Source of the DNA: Octopus vulgaris
Lineage: Eukaryota
NCBI GenBank assembly: GCA_951406725.2
Contig: OX597818.1
Span: forward strand, 37,324,001-37,388,000
Length of the DNA: 64,000 bases
Reading direction: 5' to 3'
Position numbers and translations under genes: made by a program. Of the stretch, positions 26,193 to 40,541 are shown one piece after another. The notes beneath the pieces were generated by a model, which saw nothing but the letters and a program-made list of their open reading frames with translations, was not told the origin of the DNA and did no database searches. How positions within the stretch are numbered: position 1 is the first letter of the stretch; every line of letters begins with the position of its first letter.

Positions 26193-26411
26193 CCCTTTCG
26201 TTACTGTATTTATTTTGAGATGCTCTGTGTTTCTCTCAATTATTTTAGATATAACAAAGAATTTAGTAAAATAGCTAAGTTTTCATTCAGCTAGTATTAG
26301 GAACATAAACTGTGACTAAGGTTTGGTGGAAGATTTTAATTCAAAACTAATGAAAACAAGACATTTGTACTCAGTGCCAGAGCCGGTTTAGCCGGGTTGG
26401 TAACGAAAGGG
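26193..26411. mobile_element. piggyBac-type MITE family 2
   Basis: TTAA|CCCTTTCGTTAC ... GTAACGAAAGGG|TTAA. Confidence 0.9.
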
Positions 26412-27138
26412 TTAAAATGGTGATTAACATAACTATTTCAAGGCAAAGTAATGAAAATTCCAAAATAAAGTGCTTGATATTGCATTTGAATGTATCAGTT
26501 GAAGAAGACAATCTAAAGATCACTGAATGGATGTTCTGGTTTTCAGGAATAGATGAAACTGCTAAAGGAATTTTTGAGATCTAAATTGTTCTACTTCCAT
26601 TCACATCTATGTGGTTTCTCTACCATCTTTTCCATCCATTACTGGTTTTTATTGAAATACATGTCAATACTCTTCAGTTTACAGTTTATGTATAAAATTA
26701 AACTAAACTGCTAAAATTAAAATGAAGAAGTTTTTCAGAATTTGTAGAATTTTCTGGCAGCCTTCAACTGCAGGGGACATCAACTGTTAACTAATTTTAT
26801 TTTTTTGTCAGTCCTTCTGTAATTAATTTTCTGCTGTTATTAGGATTATCAGGAAAAAGTGTTTTCACTTTTCAAGAAATGCTAATGTATTTATAAAATG
26901 TGTGATAAATGCTTTTGAGTAAAATCTTCTTAGCCAGGGCCTGGTTTTGATAACTGATTATAGAAAATTCATTTCTCTTTAGCCTTTAAATAAGGGATAA
27001 ATGTTACATTTATTTCCCCCATGCTTAAGTAACAAATCAATAGTTAAAGTATGAATTTGAAAATTATAAGATATATATATATATATACACACACACATAC
27101 ACGCATACATATAAAATATTAATATGCTTGAATTTTAA

Positions 27139-27552
<414 letters not shown>

Positions 27553-27592
27553 TAATCTTCTACATTACATTCATCAAATTAGCAATCATTTA

Positions 27593-28089
27593 TAGTGACC
27601 CCTCGCTACTTTGCAGTTCAACTATTGCAGATTCACAACTTCGCAGATTTTTAAGATATATATATATGAACGACTAAAATTTTTCATTAAATCCATTAAG
27701 ATATTAATAATAAATATTATTTCCTAGTCTAGGAACAACAAAAGAAGTGTAAAATAGCAAAAAAGCATATACAGGGGTATTTGAACTTAAGACGGGCTGT
27801 GATTGGTGCAATGGAGAGTGACGTCGAATCACAGCTTTCTGTTTTGTAATCTGGCCTGTGTAACAGTAACGATCTTTATTTTTTTTAATCTAAAGTGTTA
27901 TTGCCTAACAGTTGTCCTTGTTATTAATAGACTACTGTAATGGGTGGGTTGTTAACAGTACAGGGCGGGTTTTAAAAGTCCAAATACACGTTAAATAAAT
28001 ACTGTAAATATGGTGTCCCTACTTCGCAGAAATTCAGTTATCGCGGCCGGTCTCGGAACCAATCTACCGCGATAAACGAGGGATCACTG
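27593..28089. mobile_element. Tigger/pogo-like MITE
   Basis: TA|TAGTGACCCCTCGCTA ... TAAACGAGGGATCACTG imperfect TIRs; sub-terminal TTCGC/ATCGCG repeats. Confidence 0.7.
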
Positions 28090-28814
28090 GACTAACTTTT
28101 TCAATAACGGCAGGACTTTAAATAGGTTTATGATTTACGATTCTCTTTTGCGATCTTACCATGATTAGCCTGGTCCATAAAATACCAATAACATGACAAA
28201 GTAAGTTGGACTGAGTCTGTAATCCTATGACCTGAGAGTTACTCAGGAGAAGGGTTGGTTATCATATCTGCTGTTATCATGTGCTATCAAAGCTGTTAGA
28301 ACAAGTCATGCAACCTTTATATAGTGACTTCATTTGCTAGAAATAGCAGCCAGATTTCTTCCAGATCACATCCAGCCATCTTAAAAAAGGAAAGAAGATG
28401 TTAGAATGGCATAGACCTTGGGACAGTACTGAAATAGTGATGAGACGGTAGTAGCTAGAACGTATTTAGTCATAGATTTACTTAATAAAGATTAATCTTG
28501 GATTAAACAATCTAACTATTGGATAAACTTTCTCACTATACCACCTCAAAGAAGGATTAGCTATTTTATTTTGTATGTTTTATCTTTCAATTTTTTAAAA
28601 TATTAAATAATTTGTATTACTTTCCTTATTAAAATAAGTAACTCTTCAGTTATTCCATATATTTTCTACTTAGTAACTCTCTTTACCTTTACTGAATCAC
28701 ATCCAGTTACAAGGTAAAAACTGGACAAACATGTTTTAACGTTCAAATGTTCGTGTGGTCACCAACCTACTTAACTTGCTTACATACATATTCATTTTAG
28801 TTAAATTTTAAGTA

Positions 28815-29796
28815 CAGTAATGCTTCGATATATGAGTTTATCTTTCTCCAGAGACTGCTCGTAAAGCAAAAATTTGTATAGCAGGGCAATAATTTCCCAT
28901 AGTAGCAATGTTATAAGTCATAATTCTTTCCCAGAAAAATATTTTACCTATAAAATTTATAATACTTGTAGATAAATGGCAATAAAGCAACAGTAGAATG
29001 TAAAGAATATTTTATGTAAAGTAAAAAGAATGTCAAGATCATTTATGATAAAAAATATTATTATTATAGAATCTCTTTCACTCACACTAGATTTGCACAC
29101 ACCATCTTTTGTACACACAATTGCCTATTCACAAGTACTCATAGACAGACTTATTTTTCAAAAACAAGTCTAGAGTTATTTGCTTAGAAGAAACTTTTTT
29201 TTGCCCTTTATAAATTTCTTGGTAACACACAGAGGCATTTGTTATGGTAGTAGAAACTTTTGCACTTTGTTCAAAATTTGAATCTTATGCTTTAACCTTT
29301 TTATATTAATTCATCATCATCGTTTAACGTCCGTTTTCCATGCTAGCATGAGCTGGACGGTTCGACCAAGGCTCCAGTCTGATCTGGCAGTGTTTCTACA
29401 GCTGGATGTCCTTCCTAACGCCAACCACTCCGTGAGTGTAGTGGATGCTTTTTATGTGCCACTGGCACAGGTATCACAACTACAATTTCCATTTGATTTT
29501 TATTTTGATGTTGATGTACTTGACTCAATAGGTCTCCTCAAGCATGGCAGGTCGCCCTACAATCCAAGGTAAGCACAGCAGGCGATCCAAGGTACTTTGG
29601 ATGGGATGGGGCAGGAAACAACAAACAACCATGAACTCACGTTATTTGTCGGGTCTTTGCAGTCACAGCATATCTCCAGAGATCTCGGTCTTTCGTCATT
29701 GCCTCTGTGAGGCCCAATGTCCGAAGGTCATGCTTGACCACCTCATCCCATAATAAAACTCATAAACTCAGGACCTCATAAAGTGATATATTATTG
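28815..29796. mobile_element. Old Tigger-like MITE interrupted by a LINE 3' end
   Basis: TA|CAGTAATGCTTCGATATATGAG ... CTCATAAAGTGATATATTATTG|TA degenerate TIRs. Confidence 0.5.
29311..29750 (-). mobile_element. 5'-truncated RTE LINE 3' end
   Basis: Colinear with 20295-20740, including the CATCATCAT tail and the ORF end. Confidence 0.85.
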
Positions 29797-30337
29797 TAGT
29801 CTCTTTATGGCAGGGTCATGCAAAACGGAATAAACTACTTACCTTCAAGTTAAACAACTTCATACACTACATATCATAATTTATTTGCTGACTAGAATGT
29901 TCTTAGATGCATTTTTAACTACTTGTAACATCCTTTATGCAACATGTTTTAATTGCACCTGTAATTCAAAAGATACATCCTTGTCGCACATGCTGTGTGA
30001 CACACCAATTCTGCTTGAGAATTATACTAAGGATACATGTATCTGTCGAATGCCACATACATGTTAATTCAGGACCAAGTAATTCACTTGATCAAACAAT
30101 TCAGTCCTCACATTCATATAAAAGATAGCTACCAAGCTACAGAAAACAAAAGAGTAATCTGTGAACATTGATGAATATCATATATATTATAATTTCACCC
30201 TTACAAAGTATATTTTGTAAAAGAATTATTTGATTATTAAGATTTGATTATTAATTGTTGGTTTTGAGAAAATAATGTTTGTTTTGTTCTGATTTTTTTA
30301 AAGCATATTTCTCATTGCTACATTGACATTTTTTTAA

Positions 30338-30526
<189 letters not shown>

Positions 30527-30594
30527 TAAATTACAATAGTTAAAATAATTACATTCCTGAAGCAATCAGTATTTACTTTAGGCATTTACATATA

Positions 30595-30907
30595 TGAGGA
30601 GGCGCAATGGTCCAGTTATTAGGGCAGCAGACTTGCGATCGGAGGATCGCGGTTTCAATTTCCAGACCAGGCGTTGTGTGTGTTTATTGAGCGAAAACAC
30701 CTACAGCTCCATGAGGGTCTGGCAGGGAGTGGTGGTGGCCCCTGTTGTACTCTTTTGCCCCAACTTTCTCTCACTCTTTCTTCCTGTTTCTTGAGTAACG
30801 CTGCGATGGACTGGTGTCCAGCAGCGGGGAACACATACGCCATAGAAACCGGGAAACTGGACCCATGAGCCTGGCTAGGCTTGAAAAGGGGTGCATAAAT
30901 AAAAAAT
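30595..30907 (+). mobile_element. tRNA-derived SINE (distinct, CpG-rich, relatively young)
   Basis: GGAGGCGCAATGGTCCAGTTATTAGGGCAGCAGACTTGCGATCGGAGGATCGCGGTTTCAATTTCC tRNA-like head with A/B boxes; A-rich tail. Confidence 0.75.
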
Positions 30908-31333
30908 AGATTTATATATATATATATATATATATAGTCCAACCTATGCCAGCATGGAAAGCAGATGTTAAATTATTATAATGTTGATGTATGTGTGTGT
31001 GTGTAATGGTTCGAGCATTGTACACATGATCACGCTTTCAGTTCCAAGACCAGGTGGTATGTTGTGTTCTTGAGCAAAACACTTCATCTTGCATTGCTCT
31101 GCGATCACTTTGACACCTAACCTGACACACCATGCACCTGTTCAAGCAACATCGATGTGATGGAGAGAGTGAGCTAATGTACGGCACAAGCATTTGATCA
31201 CTATAAACAAATCATTTGTGAAGGTTGTTCAGAACTGTCTTTCTCACACTATGTAAAAGACTGACAGTAGTTGTGAATTTAAGTTAGTGATCTACTGGTT
31301 AAGTCAGAATTTTAAAACTTTTTAAAAAACTTT

Positions 31334-31718
31334 GTGCTGGAGTGGCTGTGTGGTAAGTAGCTTGCTTACCAACCACATGGTTCTGAGTTCAGTCCCATTG
31401 CATAGCACCTTGGGCAAGTGCCTTCTACTATAGCCTCGGACCGACCAAAGCCTTGTGAGTGGATTTGGTAGACGGAAACTGAAAGAAGCCTGTCATATAT
31501 GTGTGTGTGTGTCTGTGTTTGTCCCCCCAACATCGCTTGACAACCGATGCTGGTATGTTTACATCCCTGTAACTTAGCAGTTCGGCAAAAGAGACTGATA
31601 GAATAAGTACTAGGCTTACAAAGAATAAGTTCTTGGGTCGATTTGCTTGACTAAAGACGGTGCTCCAGCATGGCCGCAGTCAAATGACCGAAACAAGTAA
31701 AAGAGTAAAGAGAGAGTA
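31334..31718 (+). mobile_element. SINE family A, full length (CR1-type tail)
   Basis: GGAGTGGCTGTGTGGTAAGTAGCTTGCTTACCAACCACATGGTTCTGAGTTCAGTCCC head, internal (TG)n, tail CCAGCATGGCCGCAGTCAAATGACCGAAACAAGTAAAAGAGTAAA. Confidence 0.9.
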
Positions 31719-32188
31719 ACAACTGGGCAATTGCCAGATTGCCCAAATCCCTCTTGCTGATTTCTATTTCATGAGCAATGACTAGAAAAAGGAAAGATAT
31801 CCTGGATAATGTATCTTATCCAAAGGCTTAGATTTTCAGAAGCAATCCAATAATGGAGAGATAGTGAACCAACAGGACGTCAAATGGCTGAAAGGACTAT
31901 TATATATTAGCATACAGCTCCCTGTTGTAAGGAAACAAAACCTTCCCTAATTAACAAATGGTTTGCTAAATTGCAGTACTCAATACAGGTATCTTGTATG
32001 GAAAAGGCAGCAAGAAATTATTTCACCTTTTACTCTTCCCATAAAAACTTCTACAAGAAATAAAGGAATTAAGAAATACCCTTTTCTTTCAATATGGATG
32101 TAAACCTGTTTTTTTTTAAAAAAGAAGACCTCATTGGCTATTTTTGAGGATATTGAGAAGAAAATTATTTAGATGTGATAGTTTGTAA

Positions 32189-32434
<246 letters not shown>

Positions 32435-32857
32435 TAATTATGTTTAAGATTTCTAAAAACTGTTTCATTTACATTGCTGAGATTTTAGAAAAATATCTTT
32501 TTAAATCTTCTTTATTATTATGTATCTTCTTTATTATTATGTATCTATCTATTGGCCTATGTACCTACCTATATTTCTATCTATCCATCTCTATTGTCAA
32601 TGGAATCTTACTCAAAAAAACAAAACAATGTTCTTTTCTTCTAAACAATACCCCCAAAAAACATCTGTTTTATATAAATGAACAAGCTGTTTGTACATTC
32701 ACAAAATTTTATTTGACAAGTTCGAGAAACAAATGAAAGCGCTAATAATAAAGAAGAAATAAAAAGATATTTTTTCCAAAATTCTGACGACTTTTTTTCT
32801 TGGTATATATATATATATATATATATATATAATGTATATATGTGTATGTGTGTATAA

Positions 32858-33223
<366 letters not shown>

Positions 33224-34256
33224 TAGATTATTGTTTTGGGGAGAGTTTTTTCATAAGCAGATAGTCTCATTTATTTAATTTTTTTTTTTATTTTTTCATT
33301 TGAAACGTGTAGTTTCCACTATTCGGTTTGAATTTTATGTTTCTGCTGCATTTCAGTTCATATGACCTTCTTTCACTTATCTACACATACTTTCTTTCTC
33401 TCTCTCTTTCTATCCCCCTTCTCTCTGTATATGTGAATAATATATATATAATTACATTGAATACTTCCAGGCTAATAAAGTCATTCATATAACAGTCAAG
33501 AAATTAATAATTCTTTAGCTAAGTTTAGCTACAGTAATTCATATAATTTCTCTAATATTATGTGTGCAACATTTTTTCCTCCACTTGCCTCATTAAAAAC
33601 TTGATTGGGGCAAATTCAATAACATTGCACAACCATCAGAAGTTAGTTAAAATAATATAGCTTTTTTTTTTTTTTGTATAAATATTAGATCTTAATTGTA
33701 TCTTATTTCAACTCAGACTGCAATAGTAATTAACTATTTTTATTTGCTTTGGTATCATGTACAAAGCCACAAAGTAGATTATTATTAACACCTTATAGAA
33801 CTAGTTGTTATAGTAATATTCTTCTTCTCTGCTCCTTTTTAGTTTTTTTTTTCACTCTCACCTTCACCACTCTTTCATTACTCCTCCTTCCTTCCATCTC
33901 TACTTATTTCTCTCCATTCAAGAAGTTATTCTCTCTCTCTCTCTGTCTATTTTCAATAGATTCAGTAGATTATAATTTATAACAATAACTTCTAGCTAGA
34001 AATAAAATCGTCGTTTTAAGTCCTGATCAAGCTGGGATTTGGGTTTCTTTTTCTCCAGTATCCACTACATTACTGCTATTTATTCTATTAACCTTCAAAA
34101 AGGCTTTTCTAAAAGACAGAGTTTAATTCATGTCTTCGAAGTTCTAATTTTTCTCTGTGCCACTTGTTATAATGGTGAAAATATTTCACATTTAGAAAGA
34201 CATTAATCTGCAAAGTGTCTCTTAGAAAAAATGCTACCTTGTTTGTCATCTTCTTC

Positions 34257-34666
34257 ATTGTTTTATTATCCACTCTTCCGTGCTTGCATGGGTCAATCAG
34301 AGTTTATTGAAGCAGGTTTTCTATGGCCAGATATCATTGCTATCCCTAATCCCTACCTGTTTCCAAACAAGGTGATATTTCCCCATGGCCATACATGTTT
34401 TCATAGAGAATTGGAAATGAATAACATTCGTTTACAACAATCACATGATGTCAAGTCAAGGAGACAAACATTCTCACCCTCACACATTCGTGTATGTGTG
34501 TGAAAGAGACAGGCTTCTTTCTGTTTCCGTCTAAGAAATCCACTAACAAGACATTTGTCAGCCCAAGGCTATAGAAGAAGGTACTTGCTCAAGGTGCTAT
34601 GCAGTAGTACTGAACCCAAAACTCTGTGGTTAGGAAGCAAATTTATTAACTACACAGCCATACCTG
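34257..34666 (-). mobile_element. SINE family A head with RTE-type tail
   Basis: Reverse complement of the 8588-type arrangement. Confidence 0.7.
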
Positions 34667-34890
34667 CATGTCTGCTATATAGTGCTATGTACATTTGAGT
34701 CAATGAACATAATTTTTGTGCGACTGTAGGAAGTGATATTGAATAACAATAGCTGTGAGTTGAATTGTTGTTGTTGAAAACCGTTGTTCTTCTTTGTCCA
34801 GGCTGCAACATAGAGTTAGCAGATCAACTACTGGGAAGTAACACATATTCAACTGATGAGATATAGTTTAGGTTTGGAGGTCTTTTTGTT

Positions 34891-35516
34891 AGTAATCAAA
34901 GTGTAAAATTTGACCAAACGTAGCATAGAAAATTCTTTCAGATTGGGCCAATGATTCCTTGTGACTTTGGGCAGGTTCATATTTTTATCCAAGTAGAAAA
35001 AGGGTAAAAGACTGTGTCTATTCTGATGGAATCTTAAAATCAGGATGGTAAATGACTAAGTAGCCCATGAATTATATACACCATCATTGTTTTTATGTCT
35101 CCTTTTATCCATGCTTGCATGTGTTGAACAAGACTTCTTAAAGCGATGTTCTATGGCCAGAAGCTGCTTCTGAGGCCAACCCTTGCTTGTTTTCAAGTAA
35201 GGTGCTTTATTCCACTGGTCTTTGCATGTCAAACTGCCAAGTGGGACACTTTCTTATGAGGGACATAAACAACACCACCACTTCCCCCCGAGCAGTGTTT
35301 ATGCAAAGACATCAGGAGACAAATAGATGTACACACACATACACAAACATGCAACAAGCTTCCTTGCAGTTTCCATTATCCAAATTTTCACTTACAAACC
35401 ATTAGTCAATCTAAGGCTATAATAAAAGGCACCTGCTCAAAGTCACAAGGAATCATTGGCCCAATCTGAAAGAATTTTTTGTGCTACGTTTGGTCAAATT
35501 TTACACTTTGATTACT
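34891..35516. repeat. 86-bp inverted duplication (34891-34976 / 35431-35516)
   Basis: Arms differ at about 3 positions; spacer about 454 bp. Confidence 0.9.
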
Positions 35517-37658
35517 TTTATATTCGTCACATCTCATTTGAAGGGGTCATGCCATTGTAAAGTTTAAACTTTGAACACGAAGACCCAGCAATTAAGATGT
35601 TAGAATACTGGAAGCGTATTTGTTTTATTTAACTTCAAAACATTTGTATTAGCGTAATCTATTTGATTGAGTGACAAACAAAGGGAAAACAGAACATAGC
35701 GATAGGAGAGATATGTTAATATAAAAAAATTGATTAATGATTATGTGCAGAAAATGGTTTTGTAGCAGTGTGTTGCTACATGCTGTTTGATGCTGGCCAG
35801 CATTGTTTGATCACCGAACGCAGCTATGATCTATATCTTCATAACTATATTAGTTGTCTGTGTCTAGTAATAAGGTTTTCTTTGTAATGTAGATGAAAAA
35901 GATGATTCATTTTCCAAGATTGATAAATGTACACTACCATATATCATCTGAGAAATTACATGAAATCATAACAAAAAAAAAAAAAAGAAAATTCTGTAGA
36001 ATTTGTCTTAAAGTGAATATTATTTAATAAGTAGGGTCTAGTGTGAGAGGATCGCCTCTATTTCCACTAACATTGATATCTGAACTGATTAAATCTTTCT
36101 TCACAACAGGTCTATGTTATTGTAAGAACATATGTTTAGCTCATTATTAAAGATTATCTTCCAGTATCTTCTTTCAGTTGCATGTTTATTACCTTTTCTC
36201 TTACTCTTATCTCATGACAAGAATGCTATCAATAACACATTAAGGAAAAGGAAATATACGCATTCGCATCAGATAAAACCTTTTCACTCCACTGGATACC
36301 ATTTTCTTTTGTTTTATCTTTTCTCTAATAGTTAATGTATTTCTAGCATTTATTTTGCCTGCTGCATGAATTTATGCACACTCGTGATATATTTTGGTTG
36401 TATACAAACAGGGTGGGTAACAGCAGTGGAAGTTTATAACTATATGTATATCATAAGTGTAGTCTTTTTTATGTGATTCTTTTTGATAAAATGAAAGTGA
36501 GATGTTTATACAAATAATTCTTGTCTTAAAACAAAATAAACAGGAATAAGTGATAATCCAATCATATTTTACAAACTAGCTAACTTTAAAGATAACCTCT
36601 TCAATTGCTTCACATTAAAATTTTAGATATTTTTTTCTTCTTCTTCTTAAAAATAATCCCCAATTAATATTAAAATAACTTTAACTAGCAAGTCAAGATA
36701 AAAATAAATTTAAAATTTGGAAAATAAACTATTTATTTTACTTATTAGAACATTTAGCTGTTATATATTTAAGATTTTCTTAATTACTCCAGCACCAAGC
36801 TGTAATTATGAATTGAATGTGTGTTCCAACATATCCAACATTCAACTCTTAATCATAATTTATAGAGAGCATTTTGCCACTGATTTACTTTTACAAATAA
36901 ATTATCAATAGATTCTAATTCTTTCTCAATGCCAAACAGACTGTGCTACTCATTAGTGTGTGTTTTTATCTGTTTACTTTGAAATTCTTCTCTTTACAAT
37001 GTTTGCTTTGTGTGTTTTTGTTTTTTTGTTGATTTGTTTTCTTTAAATATCTTGCTGCCAAATCTGCTTCTACTTATTACATGATTGCATAGCAGAAATA
37101 CAATGTCTTTTTTTTTTTTAATTGTATCATGTAATAGTATTGGAAGTGTTTAGACAACATTTGGTTTATTAAAATAGTTTTTGTCTGAGGCCTAATTGAA
37201 ACTTTTTAGTATAAACTCTTAAACAATGTGCTCTCATTTGTCTACTCAATTCTCAAAATTCCAATCAAGTATGTCCTCCCATGTCATTTTCATTGGCTTT
37301 ATTGATGATTTTGTTTCTTGATTTCAAATCAATATAAATAATTCAGCTTTGGCATAAAAGCAATTAAAATAGCAAAAGAAAAAAAAGATTCATTGCTATC
37401 TTGACCAACTTTAGATACTCTCCTTTCAACAGAAACGTGCAACAATGCACATAAGAGCCATAAATCTAAATCAATGCTTAGGAATTAGCTCCAATGATTC
37501 TGTTATATACTCAAAAGAAGCTACATATTAATCTGAAAGTTGTGTATTAAATGAAATTGTTTAAAAATATAAAATGTATTATGTTGTGCACCTTCAAAAT
37601 ATATTTTGCCAAAAAATACTTATGTTTGGCACTGATAAAAAAAAGAATTACTTGCTAA

Positions 37659-38788
37659 CCCTTTAACACTAATTCCATTGAGATCACTACTGAGTTGTAG
37701 AGATGGCAATAAATAAAGTATTAAACAATTTTAGTAGAAATAATAATTTGCTGCTTTAAAGCTTAATATGGTGTGTATTAACATCCGAAAAAGGACTGTA
37801 CCAGGTCTTTGAGTGTGCTAAAATAAATTTTAATAACATAAAGGATTTCATTAAACTGAGTGACAGTATACTGCCAGTCTTATGTTCTGGAAAAGATTCT
37901 AGCTTTATTGCCAATTTGAAAGTGGAAAGAGTAGCCTTGTAGAACTTGTTTTCATCTTTGCAAGTTAGGCAGTTGAGTGTCCTGGAACTAAATATCCCAG
38001 GACCTTCCTTGCTTTCCATGATATGAAAGGCAAAAGCAAATTGCTGCTGTGCCTCAACAACCGAAATGCAACTGACTGCCTTCCAATTTTTTCAGCATGG
38101 TCCACTGAAAGAGAAAGGATCCGTCCACGAGGTTTTGTTCCACATAACGGTTTGTTTCGTCGATGATATATGTCCCAAAGATCGAATCCCTCTGAAGAAA
38201 ATCTGGAAAAATCTTACAGGTTTTTGCCATCTCTTCATTCTCTAATATTTCCCTCTTTCTCTCTTTCCATTTAATGTGCTGCAAAGAAACAACACCAAAA
38301 GATAGCTCCCGACTAACTATGAGAATGCATGCTTCTCACCTATTGGGCAGAAAAGTGGGTTATTATCTAGCTGTATATGGCCAGGGTCACTTTCTGGTTT
38401 CTACAATGGTTTGACTTTTTGTTGGTAGATATGTAGCCATACATTCAATCCATCTACTCTTCTGGCTTGAGGATGGCTGACAATCGCAATGATCCAGAGA
38501 GGATTTATCTCTTAATAATTTGTCAGCTGATCAGATCATTGATTGAACACTATGGAAAGAGGGACATAAATTTCTTGGCATTCATGTTAATGTTGTTTGA
38601 CTTGATTACCACTCACATTACTTCAACTCAATGTATTCATTGTCAGTGGTGGCTTCTTTGATGCATTTTCTTCCAATTCTCTCACTAATTCACCTCTAGT
38701 ACAACTCTTGTACACTCTTGACTTTCATTCCCATCCCACTGCCAAGCTTTTTGCATGCAATCTGCATGCTTCTTGCCATTAAAAGAAC

Positions 38789-38790
<2 letters not shown>
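37659..38790. mobile_element. piggyBac transposase relic, apparently rearranged
   Basis: CTAA|CCCTTTAAC end; minus-strand IIDETNRYVEQ resembles the piggyBac IVxETNRYAxQ motif; plus-strand Cys-rich remnants (CIHCQ; HCQAFCMQSACF). Confidence 0.45.
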
Positions 38791-38822
<32 letters not shown>

Positions 38823-40085
38823 TTTTTTTTGTACCTGTTTTATTCTCAGTATCATAAAAGAATATTGCAAAGCTTCAATTAATATTGTGAAAGATTAATA
38901 AAACTTAAAGATTCGCCTTAATTACCCATTGAACTGATTTTTATACAACCTATGTGTTATTGGTATTTGATGGTTTTGTTCTTAAATATAATTAATGTAA
39001 GCCACTGCTAGAGGAATATCTTCATTTACTGAATAATATACAAACACTGTCAGCAATGTGTCGTAATCTGTTGGCAAATATAGCTGGGTACTATTAGAAT
39101 AATGTCTTCAATGATAGGGAAAATGGCCTCAGACTAGTTTCTAATTTACCTTAAATTAATTATGAAAAGTTAATTTAAAATATTTTACTTAAGCCTGCTT
39201 CAGACCAAAATTGACAGAACTAATAAAGACAGTTATCAAACCAACTCATCTAATCTTCAGAAAATGATAACCAAGTTTAATTATAATTAGATTGCTAGCA
39301 TTGATAGTAATGGAAGTGCTGGTATGAAGTACCGCCAAATTTAGTAAAATACATTTTCGGTGGAAAGTCAATGTTAAGTTATGTATTGCTCAAAAAGGAG
39401 TTTCTTCAAATGCTTTACATACCACATGTGACTAATTTTATCCCTAGTTGATATTAATTGGAGATTATTTGGAATATAGAATCTTGAAAAATGATGACAT
39501 TAAATTGGTTCAGTCTTGCCTTGATTCTTTAGCTGTTATTTTCAGTTTGTGTTCGAGTGTGGAAATTAATGCAAAGTTGAGGAATTGTTTGATCTTGGAT
39601 TTTTCTTTGTGAAATAGAACTTGAGTAGTTTGCTTTCTTAGTTATTATTAACTCAGTCCATACAATCAAGTCATTTATATTGAAATTGTTACTTATGGAT
39701 GTGTATTTAACAGAAATGGTTTGCATGGAATCTTTTAGAATACTAATAAAAGAACCTTTACATTATATTTATAATGTGAGTGGGAAATTTATAAAAGAGA
39801 GTCTGATTCATATTTTCTTCATTCATATATCTTACATTTGAGAATCGCTACCATTTGTAGACAGATTTTTTTAGAAATATAGATTTTGTAACGTGTTCCT
39901 TTTTTAAAAATAAGTTTCTTAGCCTCTTGAATAATAACATTACTCAGGTGAGAAGTCTTACTTATAATACTGAAACAATATTACTTTGGAAATTAACATA
40001 ACCTTTATGATTTATGTAAGCAGTAGTTGAACCAATTGTGTGTATATATGATACTATGATATATATATATATATATATATATATA

Positions 40086-40523
40086 CGTTTAAATATTTGT
40101 TGTGCCAGATTTTTTATGTGAAGTCGTGTGTTGAAACAGATATTGTTATATTTCGGAATGGTCATATTGCCAGTTTAGCCAATAAAAACACACGCACTAT
40201 ATATTTGGTGTTATTTTGCTTCAGTGATATTTATTTTTTACATTAATCTTAATCTTATTTCAGCCAGAGTTCTTTCGTCACACTCCTGTGACCGCATCAA
40301 AATGGCTGACGGTTAGTAAGGAGAGACACAAACAAATAAGAAAGAAGAAAACAAAGGACCACTGATGCAGTCACAGGAGTGTGACGAAAGAACTCTGGCC
40401 GAAATAAGATTAAGATTAATGTAAAAAAATAAATATCACTGAAGCAAAATAACACCAAATATATAGTGCGTGTGTTTTTATTGGCTAAACTGGCAATATG
40501 ACCATTCCGAAATATAACAATAT
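40086..40523 (+). mobile_element. Second fold-back element in (TA)n, probable Penelope-like terminal relic
   Basis: About 160-bp near-perfect inverted arms 40140-40299 / 40363-40523, about 63-nt spacer, one-sided extension 40086-40139, flanking (TA)n. Confidence 0.7.
40356..40400 (+). ncRNA. Minimal type I hammerhead-ribozyme-like motif
   Basis: GGACCA-CUGAUG-CA-GUCACA-ggag-UGUGAC-GAA-AGaaCU-C-UGGCC; predicted cleavage after C40395. Confidence 0.5.
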
Positions 40524-40541
40524 ATATATATATATATATAT

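Noticed and set aside
30595-30670. tRNA gene
   Set aside because: The acceptor and T stems do not close and the sequence continues into a SINE body and A-rich tail.
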